Below, piece after piece: positions 28,127 to 43,100 of a DNA stretch of 64,000 nt. How positions within the stretch are numbered: position 1 is the first letter of the stretch; every line of letters starts with the position of its first letter. Under the pieces are notes generated by a model. That model was not told the DNA's origin and did no database searches. It saw nothing but the letters and a program-made list of their open reading frames with translations. This stretch comes from Lingula anatina (Eukaryota; Animalia; Brachiopoda). Where the stretch lies: contig CM120645.1 of assembly GCA_051362555.1 (NCBI GenBank), forward strand, positions 372,001-436,000. Reading direction: 5' to 3'. Both the position numbers and the translations under genes were made by a program.

Positions 28127-29281
28127 ACCAACAGGAACCATACCTTATAATACCCATATCGGTAAACGGCCAATTTACATACTGACAATCGAGAACGTTG
28201 AGGACTACGATTTTTGAATACAATTCATGGGAGGTGAAATTAATGTTAACTGGTGAAGAATATATACCATGTGTTGGTGCTAAATACTTGCATTACTAAA
28301 ATGTGTATTTCTTGATGATATATCTGATGACGTCTCTTTAAAGTGCTTGATGTTCTTATGAAATATCGCAATTTGGAAACTTGTCAATACCACTTTTATC
28401 CCTTATGCATAATTGTTTGTAAAAGAAACTCGAAGAAAGAAAACTTTCAGGTATTGAAATAGGAATGTCAAAATCACAATGTTACTAAAGCACTATTAAT
28501 ACAAATGAAACTGTTATCGTTGGAAATCAAATGTAGTCAAAATAAGGTCAAAGTAACGTTGTTGATGGAACATACTGCCTTCTCCAAGGAACATCTGATA
28601 TTGATGTTTAGAAGTCATTTTTTTCTGCTTAATTAAGTAACGATTACCCTCTATTTCACTTTTGTTGTTTTTTATGCTTATAGTGTCAATTCAAATTACT
28701 TGGACTCTCTGGGTAAAAAGCGGGAATAAATCGGTTATAAAATGAATTTAGTTGTAATTTGTTTTGTGGGGATAAATAAATCAGAGTGCGAACTAAATGT
28801 TTTCATAGTGTTCCTCTCGCCCCTAAATTTTATCTCTTTTTTACTGGATGTTGAAAATCGAATCGCTTAATTGGAACTTGTACTTTGATTATTACTTAAA
28901 TTTACTGAGTTTATGTTAATGTTTTGAGGAAAGAATCGGGGAAATTTGTTTCCAAAATGTAGGTCTTTGTGACGAAACGAACCTGTTTAAGATTCAATCC
29001 CTCACAAGTTTATCTCCCTCACAGAGAAGCTATAAAATGTTCACTACAGCATGATGGGAAATCGGTTCCTGATCCCATTTCAATCAATTAATCTATCGGA
29101 CTCAAAATAAAAAAGGCAAATTCATGTTCTATGGAAATGGGGTGTTAAATACACCTTGCACACGAATCCCTGCATCAAAGAAAGTTTAAAACCTAGAAGA
29201 AGAGAGTCGGAATTAATCCCTATTGTTACTGTGAATTCCTATTAATTTCTATTCAGATCTATAGAATTTTTACCGCTGATT

Positions 29282-29347
29282 CTACTACTACTACTACTAC
29301 TACTACTGCTACTGCTACTACTACTACTACTACTACTACTGCTACTA

Positions 29348-29427
<80 letters not shown>

Positions 29428-29428
29428 G
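29282..29428. repeat. Compound (CTA)n/(CTG)n microsatellite
   Basis: Seen directly. Confidence 0.95.
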
Positions 29429-29838
29429 AGAAGAGAAAAATTTGAATTAATTCCTAATTTATACGAAGTCTTAAAGAAATATCGAAATTTATAAGAAATA
29501 TAGACAATTTATTGTTAAAAATTGTTGAAAATACTACCAATACCATTATTATACATTCACTAATCTAACTACCACTATACTACTAAAACTAGCAACAAAA
29601 TCAACAACAAGAAGAACAAGAATAACAATAACAATAAACATAAACATCCCCGGGACAATATTACTGTGGCTTTTTGAAAAATAAAACAAATATTTAGACG
29701 AGATGAAAAGACATCTGTAAAATTTTTCATATGGAGGTCTTTCCCCTGTCGAAAGTATCAGAAGGGGTGAATATAAATATCAAGTAATGAATGCGTACTA
29801 TAAAAGGTCAAAAGTTGATATCCAAACATCAAATTTAG

Positions 29839-29954
29839 CACTATGGTGCTAGCGCATGCTACTTACGTGTGATGGCACCATGAACTTGCAGGTTAAAATT
29901 TATATTCAGATGACCTCAGGTGCTAATCGTCTGCGCATGCGCACCAGCATAGTG
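29839..29954. repeat. Imperfect inverted repeat, MITE-like
   Basis: CACTATGGTGCTAGCGCATGC ... GCATGCGCACCAGCATAGTG. Confidence 0.5.
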
Positions 29955-30420
29955 TTTATGTCTACTGATAGTATTTGAACCACTACTGCGCCCGATTTTG
30001 GGGTAAAAACTGAAAAATCGGTTTCTTAAAAGTTCTCTTTTACCTAAGCACCCATGATCACCGTTTTTCAATGCCGATTTAATGACACCATTTACACTCT
30101 AAAACTCTGTTAGCGATTTTTCTTAAAAGTCTTAGTTCTGATTTTATCGTTGATAAAGCAAAATAATACGTTTAATGAAAATCTATAATAAGGGGCTCAT
30201 AACTCCATAACAAAAACACTTAAACCAAAATATAGGCACTTGATTGTAGCCCATACACTCGTGGTCAACTGTGCCAATTTTAATTGACTTAAAAGTTAAT
30301 TCGCAGAGAAAGCAATGTGATGTTTACAGTTGGTTCAAAGCAGGTAGCAGTCAAAATTTAACGGCAGTGAACACATAAGTTATATTTGATAATGCCAAAT
30401 TTATTTAAACATATTGAAAA

Positions 30421-33147
30421 CTAATTCTTTTGCAGCTTAAGGGGTGTCTGTAAAAGGTTCTCAACGCTTTTAAACATGGAGAGCCACGTAATCCTATCAC
30501 TATCTTTGGACAATTTTAAGGGGTGTAGTAAATTGCACGACCGCCGCTGAAGCGCTGCACCGAGATCCGACCATGGATAACTGTTCTTCATCGGAATGAC
30601 GTCTGATCGATCTGCCTTCTCCGTGGTTAGGTCAACTAATAATGGCACGGCAATTTCAGCAAATAAACGCGGAATGTCAGGCCCCGTCATCCACTTCAAA
30701 ACCTCAATAACTCGTGCCCGGTATCTGTTATTTGGAATGAATACAGTGTCTGCGTTATACTTAGATATCAGTCGCTTTCCTGTTTTGGTCCAATTTTTCA
30801 CGTGAGCCAAGCCTTCCCTCCACGCTTCAGGCATAATATCGATGATTTTCCGCAAAGCGGCGCCACCGTACGTTTGCGGCCACCACATCCACCCGTCTGG
30901 CCACGTGATATTTATGTCGTATGTTTCTATGGGACCCAATATCCACATGGCGTCTCGGCGATAGGACAAAAAAGATGAAAGATTAAAGAAGGTATCATCA
31001 CTGACGAAAAGGAAAGACGTATTTTTGTTTCCAAACCCTTCATAGGTGAGATGTTTTAGAAGACAGCGGTGCAGAAACTTGCCACCTTCTTGTTCCTTGT
31101 CCGTGCACGGCAGGAAAGGAACGCTTGTATCCATAAACGGCTGAGTAGCGCCTTCTCCCGTGAATGTTATCTCCTTAAAATGTCTGCTGTACATTTGATA
31201 CAGTGTTGTAAATGCTTGCTCGCCGGGAATGTGATTGAAATGAACACACAACCTAACGTCGTCCCAAGGTTTGGGTATCGCCAGTCTTTCGGCCCAGCTT
31301 GGTACGTGGGCTCGCGGGAAGACATACCCAGCTGTCTTCAGCAACTGTATCCAAGTGTCTAATATTGCCAGATCTTCTTTCAAAATGATCCCTTTGTCGA
31401 ATAAATACAGATACAGTTCTTTTAGCCTCTTATCTATTGACGTTGAGTTGCTGGACCACGCCAGTAAAAGATTGGTCAGTTTGATCAGTGTTGTGTCCTT
31501 AGACTGAGAGTTTTGTCCCGATGTTCGACGGGATGGAGTCGTTCTCTTAGTCCAGGGCGGTGAGACCGTCATGCTACCGTTGATATCCCACAGAAGTCTT
31601 TGAGTTATAAAACCACGAATAATATCACATATCGACTTCTCGCATGTGGTGGGTACCAGAAGCCCCCAAAATACATCATACATATGTAGCGTTGAATGCT
31701 GGCTATATGGCACAAATGTTCCTTCTTGTATTTCCACAGGGCCCCCAACAGATTTATTGAATTTCAATGGCGACTTGAGAATTCCTTCCGGCACATCGGC
31801 ATACCCATCTATGAGATAGTGAACAAGTAATACGCTTGAATTCCGCAATGCGTATGGCACCGGAGGAGCATTGCAGGCAGGGCGTCTCGACACCTCTTCT
31901 GGAAAACCTCTTGGCCAAACGTCTTTTTTGAAGTAAAAATATGAAAAAGGGTTCCAAAAATTCACTTTACCTGCTGGTATAACAAAAGGGATATCAGCAC
32001 CTTTGTTATCAAGAGGCGGGCTAGAGGCCAGCCATTCGTGTCCAATTTCTTCATCGTCGTCATAAATCATCCTCGCACCTTTGGCTATAGCTACTAAATA
32101 GCCAATTGTTTTTCTACTCACGTGGTACTTGAGAATAGTGGCGTATTTCGCCGCATCTGTTACGTACATTGTACCGTTTTGTTTGTTTGGTACAAATATA
32201 TGCAAGCGGTACTGATTCCCCTGTGGGAATTTTAATGTATAAGACCGCGTGAAAGTTTCTGACACAAAAATAGCACACCATGGAACCTGTAGTTTATCAA
32301 GGACATTTTTTATTCGTTGAGCGGAGGGATATTTCCCGGTATCCGCAACAAGCCATCTTTCACAAGTGAAGACCTTCGGCAATTCCTTGAAGGAGATGTT
32401 ACTCCATTTTACGACATCGCCTGACTGTTTGATTAACGGCAACACGTGTACCTTGAATGGCGAGCTTTTTTCCGAGTAAATGGCAAGGTAAAGTGAGGCA
32501 CTAACAAACACCACCAGGCAAACCACCGTCATCTCCCGCAGGCTGCACCTGGAAACAAAGCACGCATGCGTGTGAATTAGGGGTAGAAATAAAGCAAAAG
32601 TTTTATAAATGTTATTCACCGATTCTTCAATACATTGTACATGTGTAATCATAGATGCTCATGAAGTAATGGAAATATGTAGAGTCAATTGATAAGAACA
32701 TCTATACGGAAGGTAATTATTACTGTCATTTCAAAAACAGGGGCTAATATTGAATAAAGTCCCGGAGCATTGTGGGGATGATGTGTTCCGGTGTACAGTA
32801 TTATAAACCTAGGAACCAAAATATAGCTTAACTAGACAATATGGGAATGTTTACCCGAAGGTATCATGGTTCAAATGCCAATTACCGCTTTCGTATCTTC
32901 TTTATCTTCTACCCTAGTATAAACAGGGGCACTTGAAGGGTACCCTCTACCAGGACGACAGACTGATTTTTCACAAGATATTCAGATATTCGATTCTCTA
33001 GCTTTTTTAAATCTGCCTACAAAATCTGCCACCCTGGTAGAGGGTATTTAAGGAGACATTTCAACCGATGTGATAGTATTGTCCCAACTTCCTGTGTTAT
33101 TTACATGTGTAGATAGGGAATGACAGTTACCTGCGAGATAAGATCAT
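30421..33147 (-). CDS. STELLO-like (DUF288) putative type II Golgi glycosyltransferase, ~714 aa; exons 33131-33147 and 30421-32548
   Basis: MILSR/R joins CSLRE in frame via GTAACT..TTTCCAG; N-terminal TM anchor; motifs RKTIGYLVAIAKGARMIYDDDE, WPRGFP, DIIRGFITQRLLWDI, FVSDD. Confidence 0.85.
32941..33046. repeat. Inverted repeat in the STELLO-like intron
   Basis: TACCCTCTACCAGG ... CCTGGTAGAGGGTA. Confidence 0.6.
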
Positions 33148-33169
33148 TTCTTTGTGTCGGGTATTGATA

Positions 33170-33466
33170 GGGAGCATCCACACCGAGAAGAGCCGAGGTC
33201 TAATAAGGCCGCGACCTAAATATAGCGGACCTGCATTATCCTGTAATGGGCTCACCACCTCTCACGCGGCTCCCCACGCGTCTTCCCTCGACCGGTTAAA
33301 TTGAGCCGAGATTTAATTACTGTGCCCCTGCAGGGACAACGAGCAGGGAGCCGTGTGAGAGGCGGAGAGACCATTAATGGATTAAGCGGCCTTCCTTTCA
33401 TGTAGGTCCGCCATATTTTGGTCGCGGCCTTACTAGACCTCGGCTCTTCTCAATGTGAATGCTCCC
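33170..33466. mobile_element. ~300-bp foldback MITE
   Basis: Arms GGGAGCAT.CACA..GAGAAGAGCCGAGGTCTA.TAAGGCCGCGACC pair with their reverse complement ending at 33466; pairing continues inward. Confidence 0.8.
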
Positions 33467-33976
33467 ATATCTCCAACACTACGCCACTACACCTTCACTA
33501 CTGGAACCTCTTGTACGGAGATTCTGTATAACAAGCAAGAAGACAAATGTGAACATTCCCTCTAACGCATACTAATTACCACTACTGGTTTCTCACACAA
33601 CTCAAAAATTAAAGTCACTTGCCGAAAATTGATCGAAATTAATCACTCGGTCAGCTGGAAAAGAATTCAAAACTGCATCTTTGCATTTCTGGTAGAAATT
33701 TTTGGTAGACCTACATACCGGCCATTCAGTTCGAAATGAAATGAAAAATGAAACGAAGGGGAATGATGGAGCGAAACCCTGTGATATTTCTTCAAGATAT
33801 AATACTTGTATCTGGTAAGCAATTTAGTCGTTTTAGTGGCAGTGATTTGATATGTCTACTCGCGAAGTACTTACCTTTAAAAACATTTTAGTGAACTTCT
33901 ACCAAAGAAATCATTTAGATACAGTACGTGAAAATCTCTGCCACCGCTATACACCTCCCCCCCTCCCCCCCACACA

Positions 33977-34009
<33 letters not shown>

Positions 34010-35599
34010 CACCCCTTTGCCACTCATTGTAATATATTTCAAAATATTACTGGTAGAAGTTCTCGGTTTTCAAACTAATACAATTACTTGGAACTCAAAT
34101 TTAATAAATAGAGAAATCTTGGTCATTTTTCAAAGAAAGGCCGGCAAGCGAAGGGATAACATAGATGTAAGAACTTTGCAACATACTTAAGGCTCACATT
34201 GTATTTAGTAGCATTATTATTATTATTATTATGTCACTTCATATGTATACTACTGAGGTAACGTACCAATAACAAAAATGACACGGTGAAACAAAATACC
34301 ACTATCACGACTACCAGTATAGCCAAACTGCCTCTCACTTAAGTAAAAAGAACCTCATGTAATGTTTGACAAGAGTATGCATGTACACAATATACAGGGT
34401 ATATGCTGTTCAAACATTAAAAAAACACATCATGTTAAAGACACAAGATTAAAACGCTGGTCAAATATGATAACACCACCACAACGAGCGGAGTGGGACC
34501 TACACATATAAATCCTGCCGAGATTTCATTGCAATAAAACAAAATTTAAATAAACTGCAGAACGCAGTCATTCCGGAATGTGAATTCAATATTCTGCATC
34601 AACAAAAGCCATTCACTCCTCAACGTGAAACCCGATCACGGACATGACGCCATCAAATATGCCGACAGTGCAGACATTTCAGTTATTACTGGTAGTATAA
34701 ACTGGATCAGTAGTCCTCAAGAGGGGGGGGGGGTGTTACTATGACCGTGTATGACTTTAGCTACAGATGGAGAGCAACAACTATACACTCAATCTTTACA
34801 GCAACAAAATGTTCTCATACATGCACACAATGGTACACACACACCACCCACTCACTACAATAGTATTAACACCCCCCCACCCCCACCCCCACCCGCTCAC
34901 TACACCCTATTCCAGTTCCAGTATTTCGAAAGTACGTTCACAGACGGTAGAGCGTATAAAGTGGAGATTTGCTATTTCTTGTACAGCAACCGTCACCATG
35001 TTTATAGTATTATGCAGTTAAAACGCCCCCACGTTCATGGATTACCTTGTTGGCCGCCATGTCCCCTTAGTCTGCATACCCACTGATTGTCCTACCGTCA
35101 GACTGTCCACATATAGAAGGGGGGCTCCACTTCACTCCCCTGTAACATCAACGACTTCATGTGCTGAAAGTAAAACACCAAAATAAGATGGAGGCACGCC
35201 CTGCACTGTGTGAGTGTGGGGACATGTAAATATACAGGGTTACCCACATGTTAACCGACCGCCGCTGTCGCACATATAATAGTTGTCCGCCATCGAGTCA
35301 TGGTCAGTGAAGTAAGCACGGCGTAACTATCTTGATAGTGGTCAAGATATACTGGGATCCATCTTCACTGTAAGCCAGTAAACACAGCATCTTGTAGGTT
35401 AACTCCCTTCATATTGTATGCATATACTTACATATATGACAAAGCACAATAAATAGACCCTATTAGGCATCTACAGGTATAGTTATCGATTTTTAGGCAT
35501 GCTGTTTTCTAAAAGCATTTACCTAAGTGTCTGAGTGTTAAACTCTCTCCCTCTCCTCCAACCTCTCCTTTCTCTCTCTCCGAGTGCTCAGCCCTTCCC

Positions 35600-35601
<2 letters not shown>

Positions 35602-35640
<39 letters not shown>

Positions 35641-35705
35641 TGTGTGTGTGTGTGTGCGCGCGCGCGCGCGTGTAGACATATGTAGGCTCTATACATATTC
35701 TTCTC

Positions 35706-35745
<40 letters not shown>
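35602..35745. repeat. Compound (CT)/(TG)/(CG)/(CA) microsatellites
   Basis: Seen directly. Confidence 0.9.
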
Positions 35746-35747
<2 letters not shown>

Positions 35748-38700
35748 TATTAACAGTGAGTCCAGTTCTCTACTACCACTGGAGAATGTGTCTGTCGACT
35801 CAAGCTGTGTTGACTCGTGTGTTTTCCATCACCTGCACACCTTGTATATACACCTACATCAAATAGAACAGAGGGGGTCATACCTGAAAAAAAAAACCCG
35901 CGTAGACCTAGTGAGACGTCTTTCCACGCGGAGATCAAACCGGATATCAACGTGCCAACCTAAGGTCCCGTGTCCTCACAGCAGCAGTCAATTTCAAACT
36001 TCACCCAGTATTAAACACCCAGCTGGTATTGTGTATTGTATTCAACTACTGGTATTGTCCATGCGGAATAAAAGCTTCAATGGTCGCTGGAATAGAATGC
36101 CCTCTTATGCAACTGACGTATTCTGTGATAGATACAATGAGAGTCGCCGAGCCGTGCGTGAAATGGTAGGAGTGTATTGTCGAGCCGCAGACGAAACAAT
36201 GCACGAGTAAATTTCACGTACAGCTTGGCGACGAGTGTTCTATCTGGCTTAAACCACGGCATTTGATTGGCTACTTCGCTGCCCTTGCGATATTTGACTC
36301 GTGGAACGCATTCGTACATGTACATGACGTGCTCGTACGACGAATACAGCACGGCCGAGTATTTTGTTCTATGTCACAGCCGTGGTTCGAGATTACATAA
36401 TAGAAGGGTTGAAGACGATCGGTCTCGCGTTTGTAGTAAGACTCATGCCGTAATTCGATAGATCACGCAAGAAACACCAACGTAATGCATGTTGATATAT
36501 TTTAACAATGCTAAAATAATTGGTCTCAAAGCACTATAAAATTTTAACATAACTATAAGGTCCTCTTCATATCGTGTGCTATACGTTCATGTTTTCACCA
36601 TTTTAGGAGATTGACATTTATTTGCCTGAGTTTTTGGTCTTACATGCCAAGCACCTTAAGCGTTATAATCAATGTTCCTTTTTTATTTTCAACGCGTTTG
36701 TCATAAATCAAGTTTGTCGACACTAGTTTTGAAAAAAAAAAAAAAAAAAAAAAAAAAAACGATAGTCAAAATCAAAGCCAATATCAAAGTCGTGTGGGCG
36801 TATTGCAACATTCCGCAGACACCAAAATTCGCTGCGGATACTTTTCTTTTTATATGCTACTTATGGGCTAACGCTAAATAAATAAAATGGCACTTAAAAT
36901 GTGATGACTTAAATGTGTTTAAATCCTGTTTCTTGACAGATGTAGGCCTATCATCAATGCAGTAATCACATGTTTGAACCCCAATATATTCCTTAAAGAA
37001 TGCTGAATTGATACGCAGGTATATCAATGTGACTCTCGTGCTTATCTACGGTGGATTAGAGACCTAGCTAACTGCTGAAAACAGACCCTATGGAAAGGAA
37101 TCCACGTCTACATATCTAACATTAATATGCTTCAATATGGTAGTGCATGATTAAACAGCTACTTTTTTTAGTTGCAAATGGCGCCATTTGACCTCCCCGT
37201 ACAAAGGAGACGCCTGGTGGGTGTTACAGTAGAATTTATTCTTACTCCAGCAAACTGGTACCACACTGCCTTTGGGGTATCGGGGTTAGTGGTGGGATAT
37301 CAATAGGGCCTATATCCCATAATTACACGTATCTTTCTTTTTTCTCTATTTTTCTAAATTTGACATCCGCCCTTGCCTGTTGTTATCTTTAGCACCGCGA
37401 AGTTCTAGCCATCTACAGTACTTTCTAAACTGACCGTTTGGTGGGATTCGTTTGATGGGTCTTCCTCATAACCCTCCTCCATACATGTAAAACCATCATC
37501 CCTAAACCCCTTATTCATAGCGACCGTTCATAATGAATTTTGTCGACATCGACCCTCATTTTCAATATATAGAAATATAACAGTTAATAGATTTATCCGT
37601 TCTCACACAGAAATATCCATTTAATATTTTTTTTTTAAATTTTATTAAAAGTAAGCGAGCGGAATAGGCTACTTGTTTGTCCGTGTGGAACTTGACTTGA
37701 CTTTACTTTACTTTACTTTACTTTACTTTACTTTACTAAGATGTCTAGCAATTTAAATCACTAAAAATAATAGGCCTATCTAGATTTATCCATTCTCACA
37801 CAGAACACCGTAAACGGGCTTTAGGGACATAGGCCTAATTTTAAACCTTCGTTACTGTCGCTCGCAGCAACATCTCACTTTCTCCAATCGATCAAGTTTA
37901 TTTTTACTGAAAGAGAAAATCGGCCGCTTGTCAGGAAGCATATGGGCCTGTCTTACGTCTCATAAAATGTCTGAAATGTTTAGGACCTATTGTAGGCCTA
38001 AATTATAAAATAGGCCTAACTCAATTAAAAGCTACTTTCGCAGTGTCGTTTTTTAAATTGAAAAATCTTTACGTCTTTTAGCGATGGCCATTATTTTTAG
38101 TTTTATGATGTTTTTTGTAATATTTCAGCCTTTGATAAAATTCTCAAATCAGTTGCATCCAGTTTTAGCGTAAGCATCGTCTCCGACCTCGTACGTATAT
38201 TATCACTGCCGTATTACGGAACAAAACCGGAAGTTTGCCCTTTTTACCCAGCATGCAGCGTAAGTTGCGTCTGCTAGGCACGCTATCACCTCATACAATT
38301 GAAGTGTTAGCCGTTGAAAGTTCGTTGCTCCCAAATTTGATAAAAATATTAATGAACTTACGTTTATTAAGCAGGTTTAAAAGTCGTCTACCGCCCGCTC
38401 TCGGCTGCATATGTTACTGATTTCTAACATTTTCATACTGGTTATGGGTATAGATACATCCATCGCCACGTCCCTCTTTCTATATGCCGACTACTGTAAG
38501 TATTGTAACTTGTCTCGTCTCTTACATTGTTTGTGTTTCTTGTTCTTGGAGAATTGAAATCATTTTCCAAACATCTACTTTCAGGAAAAACACGCAAAGT
38601 TGTAGTATTCCAAGATCTCATAAAAAATAGCTTGAATGTTCGGCAACGCTGTGGGTGTTTTCTGTGCACTGTTAACTGCCGCTAGAGAACGCTACGAGCG

Positions 38701-39823
38701 CTATTAGGCTGACACAACTTGTGTCCTTAAATAAATTTGTTAACGCTTCATGTTGCCTTTTTATAATCGGACTTTATGAGAAAAATAACCGTTACTGACC
38801 TTGTTCATGCACAATGAATTTCAGCATGCTACCGTCAGTGCCGTAAAGGAAGAAGAGAGAAGGAGGAAAACAGATCAAAAGAAGACCAAGAAAGAAAGGA
38901 AACGATTAAGGCACCGTAGCAGAGGGAAATGTCATCCTTGAAGAACCTCGGGTAGGAGCGGAGGCCCCCAAGTGAACCCCGTAGGCCAGCCCCGGTCTGG
39001 ACTATTTGTAATGGTAGGCCCTATACTGTAGAACCACCAAGCTGCAGCACTAGCCTACTAGTAAATCAGGTGTTGGAGGAGGTCTATGAATTTATACGTT
39101 GCGTTGTCTGTAACGCGCAAGAACATCTCACTATATCTTTCGCATGCACGGAGCGATATATAAGATGTTTTGAACAATTTTTTCCAAAATAATTTCACAC
39201 GCTGCTTATATACTTGTTCTTATAGGTCGGGAGAGTGTCTCAAATTTGCACATTTTATCTATTTCACATACGATACCTATACGCGTCTCTTTATACGCTA
39301 GTGTGTGGCAGGCTTTACACATTAAAGGGATAATAACACTTCGTTTTGGCCAAAAAATGAATTTTCCTGGAGTAAACAACAATTTTCCCATACTAACCAA
39401 TGGTTAGTGAATCCATTTTTACATTCAAAGTTAGTCCCTGATTTTTTTCTAAAAAGTTTGGTTTTTTTTTAATCTCTTAAGAGATTATAACTGAGTACAG
39501 CCATCAATAGAGGTCAAGTGATCTGAAGACAAGCTCAGATATCAGAATAATAGCTATAACTGCCGTTTTTGTGGTAAAACAGAATATATTATATTTCTAT
39601 GAGTTGTTCACAATGTTTTTATTGTGAAATATAGATATCATATGAAGAGTTATTATCCCTTTAATTGTGAATTGTATCGTTTACGTATTATACAACATAG
39701 ACACTATAGGTTTTCTTACTGATTAGCTTTTATTTTATAACATGATCATAGAAATTTACTTATGGAAAAGGAAAATAAAACATCAGCGTTAACGTTATTA
39801 ACTATGAAATGTAATGAATATTA

Positions 39824-40064
39824 CTAATTCGTCTTAGTCTTTATTTTTTTCATTTTCTGATACTGTTCTTTTATAAATATCAGCAGCTGCTTTTCACTAA
39901 GGTATATGGAACCCAGGACCGACAGCCCGCAGACGACACCTATCCCGAAATGCACCAGTCTATAGAGATTGCCTTTATCACAGCATAGGAGTTGCTGGAA
40001 AAAATTAACAAATTTAAGTCTTGGTTCACACACACACCGAACAGTGACACACACACACACACAA

Positions 40065-40138
<74 letters not shown>

Positions 40139-43100
40139 GTGTTTGGAGCTGCCAATGAATAAATCATAGTAAATAGTAAAACACACGATGTTTTTACACT
40201 CGTTTGCAATTTTGCTCAAGTGGAGATTCTACATTGTACATCTTTTTTTAATTTGAAAGCAGTAAAGACCGTGCAGCAGTTACAAAAAGGGGGAAGCTGA
40301 TAAGACAAATAAGTCCAAAATAACACTTATTATGATTCATTATTTTTCACATTGCACTTTAAATCTTTGGACTATTCTTCAGGCTTATTGGCTTATTTGA
40401 AAAAACTTCTGTTTCAATCATTTAAGAGATCTTTCACTATGATTTCCACTGAAAAATTCATGTCTATACCTCAGAGAGAGCTGTGATCAATAGTGAAGCT
40501 GTCAGAGAGATCATCACAGGTGCTGAAGGTAGGATGCCTCTTAGAGGGTGAAATTCACTGCCCTCGTAGTACAGGTTGATGAAGTAGACACTGGAATAAC
40601 AAGACATCTATCTTAGTGGAGTAAATGCCCTTTTTCACACAGAACAGTAGTTATCTGCACTGCCGGTATGAGAGGTTGACAATTGGATAGCCTGGCTATT
40701 ACACAGAAGATTCACAAAAACAAACCCTCCCTCCCCCCTTTACTTGACACAAACCATCTAACAGGTTTATTTTTTATTGTTAAGTGAGTCTTGAGAAAGA
40801 GAGTAAAACCCAATGCAGTGTAATATGTTACGACCAGTCAAACTTATGCTGCATAGAAAACTGTACCTCTCAACATGACAAAGTCAGCCCTCAGTTATTA
40901 TGTTATTTTAGGAAAAAAATTAATTTGTGAAGTTCACATCTGCAGAATAATTACAGTACCTACCTATGTATTATTCTAGCTAGCATGTTCAAACAGTTGG
41001 CCAGGATGAAGCCTACACTTCCCAGCCACTGAGTGAGAGACCAGGATGCCAGCAGAAACAGCAGAGAAAACAACATCATTTTGTAGTTATATCTGGAATG
41101 TTAAAGGGAGAAAATACATGACATTCTAACTGACTGACTAGTTATTTAGAGCTAAGTCAATTTATTAGAAATGGTATTGTATAAAACATCATATCCAAGT
41201 GCAGGAAAGGTATGATAAATGATCTGTGAGCAGGAGAAAATTCCATTCTTTTTCTCAAAGAAAACTGATTTGGAAAGAAATTCTTGGATAGGATATCTTT
41301 AGGAACTTTTAAGTAATTTTGCTAAAAATTAATTCACAAATAACAATGATATGCAATCATACTTCATTCACTCCCCTACAGCCAGTGTTTGCCTCTTAGG
41401 AAAATTAGTTGCTGGACCTTGAGAAGTAGCTGGCTCGAATGTCTGCCGGGTGGGAAAACTTCTCAGCCCGATCTGAAAGTTGTCAGCCCCGGGCAGACGG
41501 TCCAGCCTTAATTTCTAACACTGCCAGGGCTACAGTTTTAAATATTTTCAAATTTTTAAATAAAAATGCACTCTCTGGCTATTACATTTCACACACAACT
41601 TGAATTAAAAAGACACAAATTAATCACTGCAACACTCAAATATGTATAGCCAATCATGTGCTGTTTAACAAATTGCAGACTGACCTATCAACATCCAGCT
41701 TACTCATGGCTGCAAACACAAAACATTCGGTGGTGCCATTGATTGCAATGATGAGTACATAGAGGCAGTACACTCGCAGTAACATTGGACCTGGAGATAC
41801 GAGAGGAGAGAGAGAGGTAGAAAAAATTCAACTTTTTAAATGATGATGTGCAATAAAGATCAAAAAGCATTCTCATTTTACTGTTCTATCATAAACTGTT
41901 ATACCCCCTATACACTGGACGGCGTCCTTTCTGCGACCATAAAATTTGGCATCGCTGTGGTCTTAATAAGGAGGCACGAACATTGATTGTGTATCAGAAT
42001 GAATGCTCAATGATCGGCCAGTTGTCGGCACGTAAAGTATTAGAATTTTTAAACTCTCAAATGGGGTCGTACTGCTGGACGCAGAAATGACGCCGTCCAT
42101 TGTAAAGGGGCCTTTACTGGTGAAGCACTGTATCATCATTATTTACTTGCATCATTGCTGAAATCAGAGCTAATGTTAAGATTCTACCAGCCCAAAGCAG
42201 ACAAGGTCCCCAGTAACAAACACATTTTAAAATTTCACCGCCAAGGCTTTAATTTCTCTGACATTATGCTAGCACCAGAGTTCATCTTGCAGACTATTAA
42301 CTAGACTAGTCTTAGGTAAACAAAGGCGTGTGTTACATTACCTGGTCCCTGACTAAGAGTGCTCCCTCCATAAAGGTCCAGGAACAGGTAGGAGTACGAG
42401 TAACCAAATATCAGCACGATGAGCCCTATGTATGTAACAAGTTTTAGGATACTTTCCAGAACTCTGGACGCAAGCAGAATTGTGTCCTGCAAAACAGAAT
42501 TTTGATGAGCTAGATATATTATTTTGAGACCAATTCCTCACAATTAACAAAATTAAGAAATAAAAATTAAAAACAATGGTCAAAACTGCTGAATACATGT
42601 ACCTTTGCTTCACTAATTCGTGATCAAAGAATTATCATACAATATTGATTAAAATCTATTTAATCATATTAAATCCTTATACAAACATCTGAATTTTTAA
42701 AACTTATTTTGGTCTTTTTTCACTATACCCTCACATGTAACAATAACTGAAAAAATAGAGTCAGCAGACATTAGACACTGATGCACATGAAGAGTAGTGT
42801 ATAGTACTATCTGACAGGGGGAAATCCATATATGAACCGACTGCAAAAGTATTTGACATCTTTTCTATGTTATGTTACTAGTAATGACCTTGTTCTGCTC
42901 TTTTATAGGTACTTCTCTGGTTAATGTTTGTGAAAAAAACAGGTAACCGCTCTCTTCGACTGCTTGAAAGATGAACCTTGCAGCTAGGGAACCGAGATTA
43001 TTGATGACATCATATACTCCCTGCTCGGCAAAACTGAGAACCCCAAACACTGTCATGACATAATATTCACCTGGAGAGAAAATATTGAAACAAATATTTT

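Noticed and set aside
32549-32652. ORF-track start of the STELLO-like protein at 32652
   Set aside because: Lies upstream of a good acceptor at 32549-50; an in-frame upstream exon gives a better type II membrane N-terminus
34400-36460. GC-richer patches and splice-like sites suggesting a degraded gene or lncRNA
   Set aside because: No consistent reading frame or recognisable motif
38400-38700. Possible Mutator-like transposase remnant (VDVWKMISILQEQE on the - strand) near TAGGCCTA-rich DNA
   Set aside because: Only one short weak motif, with stops; needs a tBLASTx/RepeatMasker search
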